The notes: generated by a model from the sequence alone, not told the origin. Positions 9,537 through 18,834 are shown, counted from the stretch's first letter. The stretch: DNA of 64,000 nucleotides from Candidatus Sumerlaeaceae bacterium (GCA_051003195.1 JBPCLP010000020.1:128001-192000), one strand, 5' to 3'. Translations and numbers: made by a program.

Positions 9537-9613
9537 GGTGTTGCGGTGAAAACGAGGGTGTTGCGGTGAATTCACCACAGAGTCACAGAGCGCTCAGAGG
9601 GCCACAGAGAGAG
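9537..9613. repeat. Short repeat cluster: GGTGTTGCGGTGAA x2 and CACAGAG-type units x4
   Basis: 14-bp direct repeat at 9537-9550 and 9557-9570; CACAGAG/CTCAGAG units about every 8-10 bp over 9573-9613. Confidence 0.65.
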
Positions 9614-9847
9614 GGAACTGTGGGCAACGTGGACCTCCGCGAATTCAAGTTGTGAGTTCGGCGCACGAGATAATCAGGGTCTTTCCAGATACTAACCTTT
9701 TTCTTCACTTCGGAGTTTTTGATCAGTTTCAGATACATGTGGTCTCGCAAGGGAGCGCGACCTCGCGATGGAGCACTCCGGCCTGCACAACCTAACCGTC
9801 GCTTTCCGGTTGCATCTCGCGCGACTCCCACCTACACATATTCCGCT

Positions 9848-11029
9848 ATGTCCGCCAGCGCCACCTCCACCCCGCCCGAGGGCACAACGACAAACGTGCG
9901 TTGCCCGCGCTGCCATCACGGCAACGATACAGACGCGCTGCAATGCACCCATTGCGGCGAAATGCTGCAGAAGGTACACTACGGTGTCACCAACCGCGCG
10001 GCCATTGTTCGCGATGCGATCGGCGCTCCATCCGCCGACCCCGGTGTTATTTCCGCTGAGCTCCACGCATACGATCCCGCTGTACTCGCGCCGACCATTA
10101 TGCGCCTGCTGCTCACCGCACTTGGCATCGTGCTTGTCGCCGGGCTCACTTTTGGCGCGTCGTGGCTACTCATCGATTACGGCCCGCAACTGCAGATCGC
10201 CGCCGGCGTGATTTGCGGGCTCGCTGCAATCCCAGTCGTGATCGCTGTCGCTGTCTGGATCACCGGCAAAAGCCGCGAGTTTGCCACCCGGCGACTTGCC
10301 AACGTTGCGCTGCGCAGGGTGCAGCTGAAGACCGAGCGCGAGCGCGCGATCCGGCGCTCACTGCGTGCCTCGGGGAAATCGGCGCTCGCCGGCGAGCATC
10401 TCGTCACTCCGCCCGAACAGGCCGTCGCTCCATCGCAGGCATTCCGCATTTCACTGTCGCACGATTCGCCTGTTCTTAACCCGACCACCTACAAGGTGCT
10501 CGCCAGTGCCGCCGCGTTTACGTTCGTCTTCCTGCCGCAGTACCAGGTCGTCACCAACTACAGCGGACTCGAATGCATCAAGCACGTCATGACCTTTCTC
10601 CTGCGCCGCCAGAAAGACTTCATGAGCATCGGCTCCTTCGCCGCCCTCGCCATTCCCCTCCTCCTCGCCAACCAGGTCTACCTCGCCTTCCGCCGCCGCC
10701 CTGGGAGCGCCGGCATCCTGCCGGCTTATGATGATCCAACGTACTACTCGTCGCGCAAAAACCGCCTCCGCACCCCCATGTGGAACGCCACCGCCACCCT
10801 CATCCTCATGCTCATCGTCTACCTCAGCGCATCCACCGGCCACGACTCCGCCGCAGCCGCCCTGCGTGACCGCTTCGGCGTCCAGCCCGACAACGCCACC
10901 CGCCTCGCTGAACTCCAGACGCTCGTCTTCGGGTTTCAATACGGTTACTTCGTCACCGGGCTCCTCGTCGCCGCAAGCGCGGGCTGTGGGTGGATGAGGA
11001 TGAGCAATTGCCGTGGCATTGCTAATTGA
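9848..11029 (+). CDS. Hypothetical multi-TM membrane protein with N-terminal zinc ribbon
   Basis: CPRC-x10-CTHC followed by about 6 hydrophobic segments; strongly C-rich codon usage; ORF open from 9719. Confidence 0.7.
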   Translation: MSASATSTPPEGTTTNVRCPRCHHGNDTDALQCTHCGEMLQKVHYGVTNRAAIVRDAIGAPSADPGVISAELHAYDPAVLAPTIMRLLLTALGIVLVAGLTFGASWLLIDYGPQLQIAAGVICGLAAIPVVIAVAVWITGKSREFATRRLANVALRRVQLKTERERAIRRSLRASGKSALAGEHLVTPPEQAVAPSQAFRISLSHDSPVLNPTTYKVLASAAAFTFVFLPQYQVVTNYSGLECIKHVMTFLLRRQKDFMSIGSFAALAIPLLLANQVYLAFRRRPGSAGILPAYDDPTYYSSRKNRLRTPMWNATATLILMLIVYLSASTGHDSAAAALRDRFGVQPDNATRLAELQTLVFGFQYGYFVTGLLVAASAGCGWMRMSNCRGIAN

Positions 11030-11622
11030 TATCCTCCAAAGCCGACATCATCGCCCAGGCCTGCACCGCGCTCGAAACCGGCGGTCCCGACGCCGCTCGA
11101 GACATCCTCTGCAGCGGATACCCATTCCAGCCTCAGTCCCGCGCCGGACGCAAATACACCTTAACCCAATGCACTCGCATTTTTCTGCGCGACGGCTTCA
11201 TCGATCGCTACTCCGGCGAACGCCTCGTGTTTCCCGGCGCACTGCGTGTACTCTCCCTCGTGTGCCCCGATACCTTTCCCTATCACAAGAACGGCAAAAC
11301 AGATGTCGGACACTTCGCATGGTGGGAACTATTTCCCAGCATCGACCACATCGTTCCGATCACGCGCGGCGGTGCCGACGATGAATCCAACTGGGTCACC
11401 ACCTCCATGCTGCGCAACAGTGCCAAGCAACTATGGACACTCGAGGAACTCGGCTGGCAACTTCACCCGCCAGGCGACCTTGACCAATGGGATGGCCAGA
11501 TCCATTGGTTCTGCCGCTTCATGGAATCTACCGACCACCCCCACATCGACCGCACTCTACAGTACCTGCGCGACTGCCACCGCGCGGCTACTTCAGCACT
11601 AGATCGTAAGCAGGCCGTTTAG
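11026..11622 (+). CDS. HNH endonuclease
   Basis: IFLRDGFIDRYSG...SIDHIVPITRGGADDESNWVTTSMLRNSAK; TTG start overlaps the upstream TGA (TTGA). Confidence 0.85.
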   Translation: MISSKADIIAQACTALETGGPDAARDILCSGYPFQPQSRAGRKYTLTQCTRIFLRDGFIDRYSGERLVFPGALRVLSLVCPDTFPYHKNGKTDVGHFAWWELFPSIDHIVPITRGGADDESNWVTTSMLRNSAKQLWTLEELGWQLHPPGDLDQWDGQIHWFCRFMESTDHPHIDRTLQYLRDCHRAATSALDRKQAV

Positions 11623-11711
11623 CTAATTCCTAACCTGTCACCGAATTCTGACCATTAAGCGCGACGCAAAGACTAATGGAAATCGTTTTGTCTGTGCGGG
11701 GCAGAACTAAC

Positions 11712-13001
11712 TTACTCCTCTTCATGATCAACTCCCACCGGTGCTAGCACCTCGCTCAAAAACGCGTATTCCTGCTCAGAGGTGACCACGCTGTTGCGAT
11801 ACTGCTCCGCCTCCGGCTCCTTCACATACTCGACTATACCATGATGCTTTTCCACGATGCTGCGAATCGTCTCCAAATCGGTTCGGAAGAACTCCTTCCG
11901 AAAGTTCATCTTGTTGATGCGGTTCTTGTGCAGTTCCTTGTGTAGTGCGCTCTCAAGTCCGGGCGCGTTGTCGCAGCTGATCATCATGTGAATGTCGAAG
12001 GGGAATGGGACCGATGCATCGCCTAATTCCGCTATGCGTTCACGCGGTTCAAGCCGCCGCGTCATTCCGACTTTAAAAACGTTGTCCCCAAATGATCCTA
12101 TATTGGAGATCACATACACGTGCCCACATTTGGTAAGCTGCGCCTGTGATTTCGCGCGCTCCTTCTCGTGCTGAATCTCTTCCAACTGCTTGCGCAATGC
12201 CATGACTTCCGCGCTATGCTCGGCATTCTTGTGCTGCAGTGCTTCTTCCAAGGCTTCCTGGACAACCCGTTCCTGCTCCTCGCGGCGCTTCTCTTCGCGA
12301 ACGCGTTCCAGTTCTGTGCGCTGCTCCTCGCGCATTTGCGCGCGAAGTTCGGCTTGCTGCTGACGCTCTTCCTCCCGGCGAACTGCCTGCCTGAATGCTT
12401 CTTCCAGACTGGAGTGCATTTCCTGCTCGCGCTCGGCTGAAAGTTCTACACCGGACTCGCGAACGAAAGCAATAACACTCCCGAGGCGCTTGCTCAGGGT
12501 TGGATAGTTGTTCGGCGTAGCGCTTGCAATAATCTGCCGCTCGGAATCCCGTAGTAACCGCTCCGCCAATCGCCGGGTGGTTGCGTGAATGGCTTCATTC
12601 GCCGCTCGGTCCTCATGACCATCAAGAAACTCGGCGTGCATATTCTTCAATAGTTTCAGCGTGCTTAAATTGGCGTCGTAGAGCTGCGTCAGGCTTTCCA
12701 TCTCGTCCAGTTTCGACTGCAGTGAAGCACGAGCTTGGCTAAGCTTTTCCGCCGTTACAGCAGTCTCTTCCTGCACCTCGAGCACCTTCTGCTGGAGTTG
12801 CAGAATCTCATCATCTTTCGCCGCCAGCGTTGCTCTTGCCTGATGCAGCTGCTGCCGCATCTTGATGTCCGCCACAAGTGGCTGAACCTTGCGCCATAAC
12901 ACCGTGCACACGATGGCCGCTGCAGCAAGGATGAAAGCCGCCAGCACAGGCACACCCGTAGTGAAAAGCCAGTACATTGATTCTATAATCTTATCATACA
13001 T
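11712..13001 (-). CDS. DUF4041 / T5orf172 (GIY-YIG-like) domain protein with N-terminal TM and coiled coil
   Basis: GHVYVISNIGSFG..VFKVGMTRRLEP..RI.ELGDASVPFPFDIH...LESALH...RKEFFR; AGGAG RBS. Confidence 0.9.
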   Translation of the reverse strand: MYDKIIESMYWLFTTGVPVLAAFILAAAAIVCTVLWRKVQPLVADIKMRQQLHQARATLAAKDDEILQLQQKVLEVQEETAVTAEKLSQARASLQSKLDEMESLTQLYDANLSTLKLLKNMHAEFLDGHEDRAANEAIHATTRRLAERLLRDSERQIIASATPNNYPTLSKRLGSVIAFVRESGVELSAEREQEMHSSLEEAFRQAVRREEERQQQAELRAQMREEQRTELERVREEKRREEQERVVQEALEEALQHKNAEHSAEVMALRKQLEEIQHEKERAKSQAQLTKCGHVYVISNIGSFGDNVFKVGMTRRLEPRERIAELGDASVPFPFDIHMMISCDNAPGLESALHKELHKNRINKMNFRKEFFRTDLETIRSIVEKHHGIVEYVKEPEAEQYRNSVVTSEQEYAFLSEVLAPVGVDHEEE

Positions 13002-13011
13002 GTGGTTGCTC

Positions 13012-13761
13012 CTATGCTGTCTTACGTTTACGCTTAGTTGGTTTGTTAGTCGTCGCTGCCAGGTACAGCGCTCTCACTTCGCTCTCAATCTGCGCAAAGA
13101 ATGGCTTTTGCTGTTCATCAGCAACGTGATCTCTGTGCAAAACATCCAAAAGTTCTATGTACTGGGAAAGCGCCAACCCGAACTTTGCAGACTTTGCCGA
13201 CTGTTGTGCCTCCAGCAGAGCATCGGATACCCGGCGATCATGCTGCCGGTCATAGTGCTCCTTTTTAATTTCTGCGGTGAGCTTGCGAACCGTATTGCCA
13301 AGATCCGGACATTGCTGCTCAAACTCGGCGAGCATCCGCAGGATCTGCGCAAACTGCTCGTCCTGGGTTTCCCGCTTTTTTGCCTTCGCAAGCTTTGCGG
13401 CCATCCCCTCGTATTTGCTCCGAAGCTCGGATTCAGCTAGCCCCACGATCTCATGCCAGACCTCTGCAAAACCGGCTGCCAGTGCATGGGTATTATAGGC
13501 GTTCTGCGCGTCCCATACGGGAGGACTGTTTGCCAGCCTCGATACACTTGGTCGAACTGGAACTAAGGCAGTGTACTTCAGTTGCCACTTCTTCACGCGC
13601 TGGCAGTACCGTAGCGCCTGCGCAATCTGAGAGCACGTGTAAGCTGTCTCGATCAGGTTAAGGTGGTTAAGCGGCGGCGGCTTGGGTGCCGGCTTCGCAC
13701 GCTGACCCGACTGCAGGCGGTACGCTACTCTTGCAACCGCATTCCAGAATGTACGGTTCAC
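13012..13761 (-). CDS. Hypothetical helical protein, co-oriented directly upstream of the DUF4041 gene
   Basis: 249-aa ORF with GAGGAG RBS; 10-bp gap to the next gene; basic C-terminal tail. Confidence 0.65.
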   Translation of the reverse strand: MNRTFWNAVARVAYRLQSGQRAKPAPKPPPLNHLNLIETAYTCSQIAQALRYCQRVKKWQLKYTALVPVRPSVSRLANSPPVWDAQNAYNTHALAAGFAEVWHEIVGLAESELRSKYEGMAAKLAKAKKRETQDEQFAQILRMLAEFEQQCPDLGNTVRKLTAEIKKEHYDRQHDRRVSDALLEAQQSAKSAKFGLALSQYIELLDVLHRDHVADEQQKPFFAQIESEVRALYLAATTNKPTKRKRKTA

Positions 13762-13840
13762 ATTGTTGCTCCTCTGGGATGTAAAGCTGCAGCAAAGTGC
13801 GCCGCGTGCTTAAGTCAAATCCTTTGGTTGGTTGCTCTGT

Positions 13841-14100
13841 CGAGTTCCGGCGAGTTCCGAGTTCAAGTTCCGGGGACGTTTGCAACCGTCCCTTCTCATG
13901 GTCGCCTGGAAGCCCAAGACCGGAGTTAGGTGATGCGGGCAACCGTCACCTCATCCAAAAAGGGACGGGCGCCCTCATCTTCCGCGTAATCTCTGCCTCC
14001 AACGATGAACAACCGGGGCCGCATGGATTCCATCCAAGACCAGGACTATAATCCATAGTGCAATGAAATCTCCTTTGGGGCCAAGAGGGACAGGCACTCC
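13841..14100. repeat. REP/MITE-like repeat and hairpin cluster
   Basis: (G)AGTTC(C) x4 at 13841-13872; two hairpins share GCAACCGTC (13873-13892, 13928-13951); AGGGAC(G/A)GGC at about 13961 and 14086. Confidence 0.45.
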
Positions 14101-14236
14101 ATTGTTTTGCCGCATGCTCTTTGCGGCCTAAAAAGAGAATGTACCCTGCGCGTGTTCTATGCGCGACAACACCGCTGTTGACTATGACGCTGAAAAACGG
14201 AGGCATTAATCGATTTTAGCACTCCGGGAGACCAGC

Positions 14237-14833
14237 ATGCGATCTTCAATAATAGCAGTCCTCATTACCGCGAGCAGTATTGCTGCGGCGCAGCAAAAGA
14301 AACCGGCAGTTTCACGCTCGGGAAGTAATCCTGCACAGCAAGCAGAGCCGATAACACTGGGATTATCTGACTTGGTACCCGACACTTCTAAGGTCCTTGC
14401 ACTCGCCGCTGAGTTAACAAGCAGCACCGAAGCTACACGGGCAACTACCACTTACGCCAGGCAATACGAGCGATTGAAGAATGAATCGCTAAAGCTTGGA
14501 CAGCGACTGAGTGAAGCAGATCGAGAGCATATTTCAAAAGTTCCTACGCCGGACAAGAGCGCAATTGAAAGTCTTGCGCGGGAACGGCTTACAGCGGACC
14601 AAGAGCGGGCACGATCACAGGCCGAGTTCCAGGAACGGCATGAAGTAGATCGAAGGGCGGCAACTCGGGCCGCCGAGGACAGAGCACGAGCTTCTGAACT
14701 TCAGCGGGAACGCGTTGTTCAAGATTACAAGCAGCGCAGGCGGGACGAACAAAAGTGGACCTATGGGGAGCAAACGATGGAGGAGCGTATGCGTGATGAG
14801 CGGATTCGTCTCAGCATCTTAAAAGGAAGATAA
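14237..14833 (+). CDS. Hypothetical secreted coiled-coil protein
   Basis: Signal peptide MRSSIIAVLITASSIAAA; charged helical body; GGGAG RBS. Confidence 0.7.
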   Translation: MRSSIIAVLITASSIAAAQQKKPAVSRSGSNPAQQAEPITLGLSDLVPDTSKVLALAAELTSSTEATRATTTYARQYERLKNESLKLGQRLSEADREHISKVPTPDKSAIESLARERLTADQERARSQAEFQERHEVDRRAATRAAEDRARASELQRERVVQDYKQRRRDEQKWTYGEQTMEERMRDERIRLSILKGR

Positions 14834-15089
14834 CGACGGCGGAACCAGTTTTAACAGCGGGCATCTCTGCGGCACATGTCTGCGTAAACTCGGAAGAGAA
14901 CAAACCGACAGGCCCTTCATTGTTCTGCGAACATGTCACAGGTGAGGTCTGCCTGTGCCCCGTGGCCTGGCTTCTCTGCCGGATTTCTGCTGCTGGAGGA
15001 TGCGTTGAAGTGCCGCAATGCAGAAGTTATTGATTTACCGTTTAGTCTCTGCTACCAAGCCCCAAAATTCTTGGAGAAGTACGCCTTCC

Positions 15090-15956
15090 ATGCCTCGGCT
15101 CCATATAGGCGACCTTGATGACAATGAGACTCCCGGCTGCACGGAAATACGACGCCGAACGTACGTAACACATTGCTACGTACTGGCGATTTGCGTCGGG
15201 GCCATGGTGCTATCACTCTTCGTATTTGCCGTTCTCACGGAGAACATCTCCGTTTTGCACGGCGTTGAATTAAGCTTTCCCTGGGCCCTTGGTGTTTCCG
15301 TCGGCAGTGTGATAATTGCATACGGCCATCGTTGGGCGATCCGGCCGGTTCGTTGCTTCAATTGTGGAGCTATGACGATCTGGAACACTACGGTGAATCG
15401 GCTATGTCGTAATTGTGTTCATGAAGTGACAGAGGCAAGGGCTCAGCAGAAAGAACAGGATCGTCTAGCGCTGGCAGAACAAAAGATACGCGCACGTGAC
15501 GAGAAAGAGCGCAAAAAAGAAAACCTCCGAGCCGACAAGTTGGAGCGCGAAAGAATTCGCCAAACACACGCTGCGGCCCAGAAGGCTTCTTCATCCAGCG
15601 ATTCGGCAGATTCCACTATCGCTTCACCTGTTCGTACGCCCACCATCAGCGGAGAAGCAATTTTCTTTGGAACACTCGGCGGCATCCTCGTTGCCGCGGC
15701 AATTTTGGGAGTGTTCCGAGGTACGATCGACTCGCCCTTTAGCCCGAATGTAGCGGAAATGGAAGCGTCAATCAAACACAGTTATAATCACGAAACAAAA
15801 ACCCAAGATCGAGACGTACGGTGCACAGAAGTGAATCTGGTGAAAGAATCAGATCACAAGTACACCGGTTTTCTTGAATTGGACGATGGGACCAAACTTA
15901 ACCTGTATGTCACCGTGGATGGCTCTAGGTACATTTGGAAAACGTCCCTGTTTTAG
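15090..15956 (+). CDS. Hypothetical membrane protein with internal zinc finger and coiled coil
   Basis: Two TMs, CFNC-x12-CRNC, charged coiled coil, a third TM and a small beta-rich C-terminal domain; start uncertain (ORF from 15018). Confidence 0.65.
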   Translation: MPRLHIGDLDDNETPGCTEIRRRTYVTHCYVLAICVGAMVLSLFVFAVLTENISVLHGVELSFPWALGVSVGSVIIAYGHRWAIRPVRCFNCGAMTIWNTTVNRLCRNCVHEVTEARAQQKEQDRLALAEQKIRARDEKERKKENLRADKLERERIRQTHAAAQKASSSSDSADSTIASPVRTPTISGEAIFFGTLGGILVAAAILGVFRGTIDSPFSPNVAEMEASIKHSYNHETKTQDRDVRCTEVNLVKESDHKYTGFLELDDGTKLNLYVTVDGSRYIWKTSLF

Positions 15957-15992
15957 TGACGGTTAACCTTTACGACTTATGGACACTAAGCC

Positions 15993-16847
15993 TTAGCGCT
16001 TTCGCGGCGCTGTAGGCTTCCGTGGAGGTCCGGTTTTGGAAGATTGCCAGATAGATTCTCTGCCGTCGGACCACTTCGCCTTAAGCTTCGTGACTTCACG
16101 CAACATGTTTGTGGTTTCTTCTGTACCGCGATGGAGGACGGTAAACGTGGTGATGTACTCCCTGCCGCTCCATTCGAACTGTTTTCCTGTTAATGGATTA
16201 ATTGCGCTTAGCGGATGCGGTGTGGGCGCCTTCCGTGGCGTGGCGCCAGGGGCTCGCGCTACAGGCGTAAAAGCACCCATCCGCTCCATAAACGGAATTG
16301 CCGCGATTCGCCTGGCCTGTTCCTCGGGATCCGGTCCGGCCCATAAGCCACGCTTAGCAGCCTTCGCTTCCTGGGCATAGGAGGTGAATTCCTGCACGCT
16401 TTCAAAGGGATGGGACTTATCGAGAGTTGCATAGCCCTGCCGAAGAAGTTCCGCATTCAGGAAAGTGCCGTCCTGCAGATACACGTATGCCAGAGTGCGC
16501 CCTGATACATCTGTTTGCCGTTCGTCGTAGTAAATCCTTATCAACTTTCCCTCACATACCTTCTGTAGAAAGTGCAGGGTCTCTGTTGAGTGGTACTCGT
16601 TCGCTACTGCATCATGGCTTATGTATGTAGGAACCCGGACACCCAGCAGTTTAACTTCTTCGTCCGCCGGGAGCTGGAGAATGCCTCCCGACCCAATCCT
16701 GAGCACTTCGCACAAACGCCGGGCGGGAGGCAAGGGCGTCTGCGTGGGCCATACGTAAGGGGTCGCCTTGGCGGAGGTAGTCGACGGGGCTGCAGGCGAT
16801 TCTATGGGTAAGCAGCCGAGAGCTAAGACAAGGAGAACCATTCGCAT
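15993..16847 (-). CDS. Secreted thermonuclease (SNase) family protein
   Basis: VKLLGV.VP, DVSGRTLAYVYLQDGTFLNAELLRQGYA, AQEAKAAKRGLW; signal peptide. Confidence 0.88.
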   Translation of the reverse strand: MRMVLLVLALGCLPIESPAAPSTTSAKATPYVWPTQTPLPPARRLCEVLRIGSGGILQLPADEEVKLLGVRVPTYISHDAVANEYHSTETLHFLQKVCEGKLIRIYYDERQTDVSGRTLAYVYLQDGTFLNAELLRQGYATLDKSHPFESVQEFTSYAQEAKAAKRGLWAGPDPEEQARRIAAIPFMERMGAFTPVARAPGATPRKAPTPHPLSAINPLTGKQFEWSGREYITTFTVLHRGTEETTNMLREVTKLKAKWSDGRESIWQSSKTGPPRKPTAPRKR

Positions 16848-17227
16848 GATATCATGCGCTCTAAAAGACAGAGCGCATGCAATAAAAAGCGCGGAGTTAC
16901 TGGGACATCGGAGAGCGTCTCCTCCGCACCGCAACGATCAAACTTTCTCACGGAAGGTCTCATCAGCGCGGCACGTCGAGCCACGGCCCTCATCCGGAGT
17001 TCCCGCACACACCAGCGCACATTCGCCCAAAAATCCTTTTCGACTTTATTGGAGTTAGCCCACCCTAAGGTGACGCCAGGGAAGTGACACGCCCTCCACA
17101 ACTGGTGTATTCGTGCCTTCGTAGTAAGCTGAACGTCGTTCTTTGAAAACTATGCAGCCCGAACGCCGCGATCGACCGCAAAGGGACTTCTGCGCCCAAT
17201 CCGCGTGGCATTTTACGTTTTTCGTCT

Positions 17228-17414
17228 GGCGGGAAAAGCCGCCCATCGCGTAAGGAAGCCGGAAATCCACTGCCCCCGCGGATTCTTACGCGAGGATTAC
17301 CGTTTTTCAAGTGGCGAAATTACCCCATTTTCGCCAACTTGATTTATCTGCAAGCCTTTCAAGCTTCTACGCCGCAAACTTGAAAAAAACTTGAAAAACT
17401 TGAAAACTTGAAAA
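17228..17414. other. Non-coding array of inverted repeats plus tandem CTTG(A)n repeats
   Basis: Hairpins at 17228-17243, 17246-17293 (TCGCGTAAGGA/TTCTTACGCGA) and 17307-17342 (TCAAGTGGCGAAA/TTTCGCCAACTTGA); four ACTTGAAAA units at 17376-17414. Confidence 0.6.
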
Positions 17415-17454
17415 GCCTCCACCGCGGCCGCCCGCACCCTCCGCCCTTCATATC

Positions 17455-17484
17455 ATTCGTGGTGATTCGTGCGATTCGTGGATA
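17455..17484. repeat. Dispersed ATTCGTG triplet repeat, copy 1
   Basis: ATTCGTGGTGATTCGTGCGATTCGTGGATA; related copy at 32141-32170. Confidence 0.6.
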
Positions 17485-17536
17485 AAAATTACCGCCGTAT
17501 CGCACCCAAAACCCCAAGATATCCACAGCATTTGTT

Positions 17537-18757
17537 TTAGTCGTCGGTCCGTTTGCTGGTGGTGTCGTTGTGTTGCGAAGCTGCATCAAGTTCAGCTTTG
17601 AGTGTTTCATATTTGAAAACCATCGCATGGCGGAAGCCGACGCCTTCCAGCACCTTGCGTTGATCCACATAGGACGGATGCGGGCTGAAGTGTCTGCCGA
17701 CCGCGAGTCCGGGAACGCATGCAACCGATGCCCCCTGGTGCACGCTTCGAATTTCCCTGAGCTCCTTTTCCAGCCCGGTCAGGCTGGGACTGTAGCACAT
17801 CGGATTCGAGACGTCCAGGTATTGCCGTGATACCCATTGGGACCAATTCTGGTATTTGCGATTCGTGCCGCGCGTCTCCCGGTAACCCGGGAAATACGCG
17901 GACGTGACCAGCAGGCGCCGCCCGTTCGCCACCCCGTGCTCACGCGTACGGTACGATAGATCGTGCACAAGTGTCGTCACGAGGTCTTCACGATAGCTTA
18001 CCCATTTCATCCAGTCGCTGTCGCGGTCCGTGTCTTCTTTCAGCTGCAGCGGATCGATGCCGGTTCGTGACTGAAATTCCTCCACGGCTGCGGAGTTATA
18101 GCCGAAATCCGCAGCGGAATTATAGCGGATGTAGTCCAGGTTGATTCCGTCAATCGAACGCGAACAGAGTTCATCGACGAGGGAAAGCAGGTGCCCCTGC
18201 ACCTGGGGCAGGGCTGGCGAAACAAAGATACTGCGGTCGCCTGCTGTATGAAGGTCTCCGTCTTTTGTGATCTCGATCCAGTCGGGATGAAGTTGCAGCA
18301 GTGTCGGGGTGGTTGCATCCTCTGTCGAGTTGTGCCAATATAATGTATGCACCCATGCAACGACTCGAATCTGATGCCTGGCTGCTTCCGTGCAGATGTG
18401 TTCCAACCAGTCTTTTCCGTCTTCGGTGCGCGGCTCGAACGTGTCGCTTGGGAAGATCGTTTTACATCCCCAGAAGGATTCTACGTAGAGGTTCCGAAAC
18501 TTCCACTTCTCCAGGTCGGAGAGTACTTCGGTGATGGAAGTTTCGTTAAGGACAGGACGCCACCACACTCCGCTTCCGATCTGCGCGGCTGTCAGCGGGC
18601 CGGTGGTGGGAAGGGGCTCCAGATCGGGGCGCGCTGTCGCCGACTCGGCGCGAGGGGAGTCTTCTTTGTCCGCAGCGCAAAGGGGCGTGCAGCAGCTTAT
18701 TGAAACGAGCAATAGCAGCAAGACGCGGCTGAAATAAGAAACACGGTCCAAAAGCAT
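17537..18757 (-). CDS. Secreted GH10-like (DUF187/GHL10) glycoside hydrolase
   Basis: Signal peptide; TIM-barrel motifs IRVVAWVH, HPDW, FVSPALPQV, IDGINLDYIRY, QNWSQW, PMCY. Confidence 0.8.
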   Translation of the reverse strand: MLLDRVSYFSRVLLLLLVSISCCTPLCAADKEDSPRAESATARPDLEPLPTTGPLTAAQIGSGVWWRPVLNETSITEVLSDLEKWKFRNLYVESFWGCKTIFPSDTFEPRTEDGKDWLEHICTEAARHQIRVVAWVHTLYWHNSTEDATTPTLLQLHPDWIEITKDGDLHTAGDRSIFVSPALPQVQGHLLSLVDELCSRSIDGINLDYIRYNSAADFGYNSAAVEEFQSRTGIDPLQLKEDTDRDSDWMKWVSYREDLVTTLVHDLSYRTREHGVANGRRLLVTSAYFPGYRETRGTNRKYQNWSQWVSRQYLDVSNPMCYSPSLTGLEKELREIRSVHQGASVACVPGLAVGRHFSPHPSYVDQRKVLEGVGFRHAMVFKYETLKAELDAASQHNDTTSKRTDD

Positions 18758-18834
18758 TTGAAGCAACGCATCCGACGCTGTGCCAGTCATGCAACAGGAA
18801 ATACCGAAAGTGGAAATTGGCATGCTATATCACT

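Noticed and set aside
16940..17000. Minus-strand GATGAGG...GCTGATGA...GAAA, suggestive of a fluoride riboswitch or hammerhead ribozyme
   Set aside because: The required stems and pseudoknot do not pair properly, and the downstream gene (SNase) is unrelated
17250..17280. AAGGAAGCCGGAAATCCACTGCCCCCGC resembles the core of a cobalamin riboswitch
   Set aside because: It lacks the GGTG..CCGG stem, the ACTGT that normally follows and the B12 box, and there is no downstream gene on this strand
9500..17500. Prophage or integrative element call for the island
   Set aside because: I found no integrase, transposase, phage structural gene, tRNA target or matching att repeats
16950..17530. Possible CRISPR array or leader
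   Set aside because: There are no repeated 25-40 bp units with spacers and no cas genes in the window
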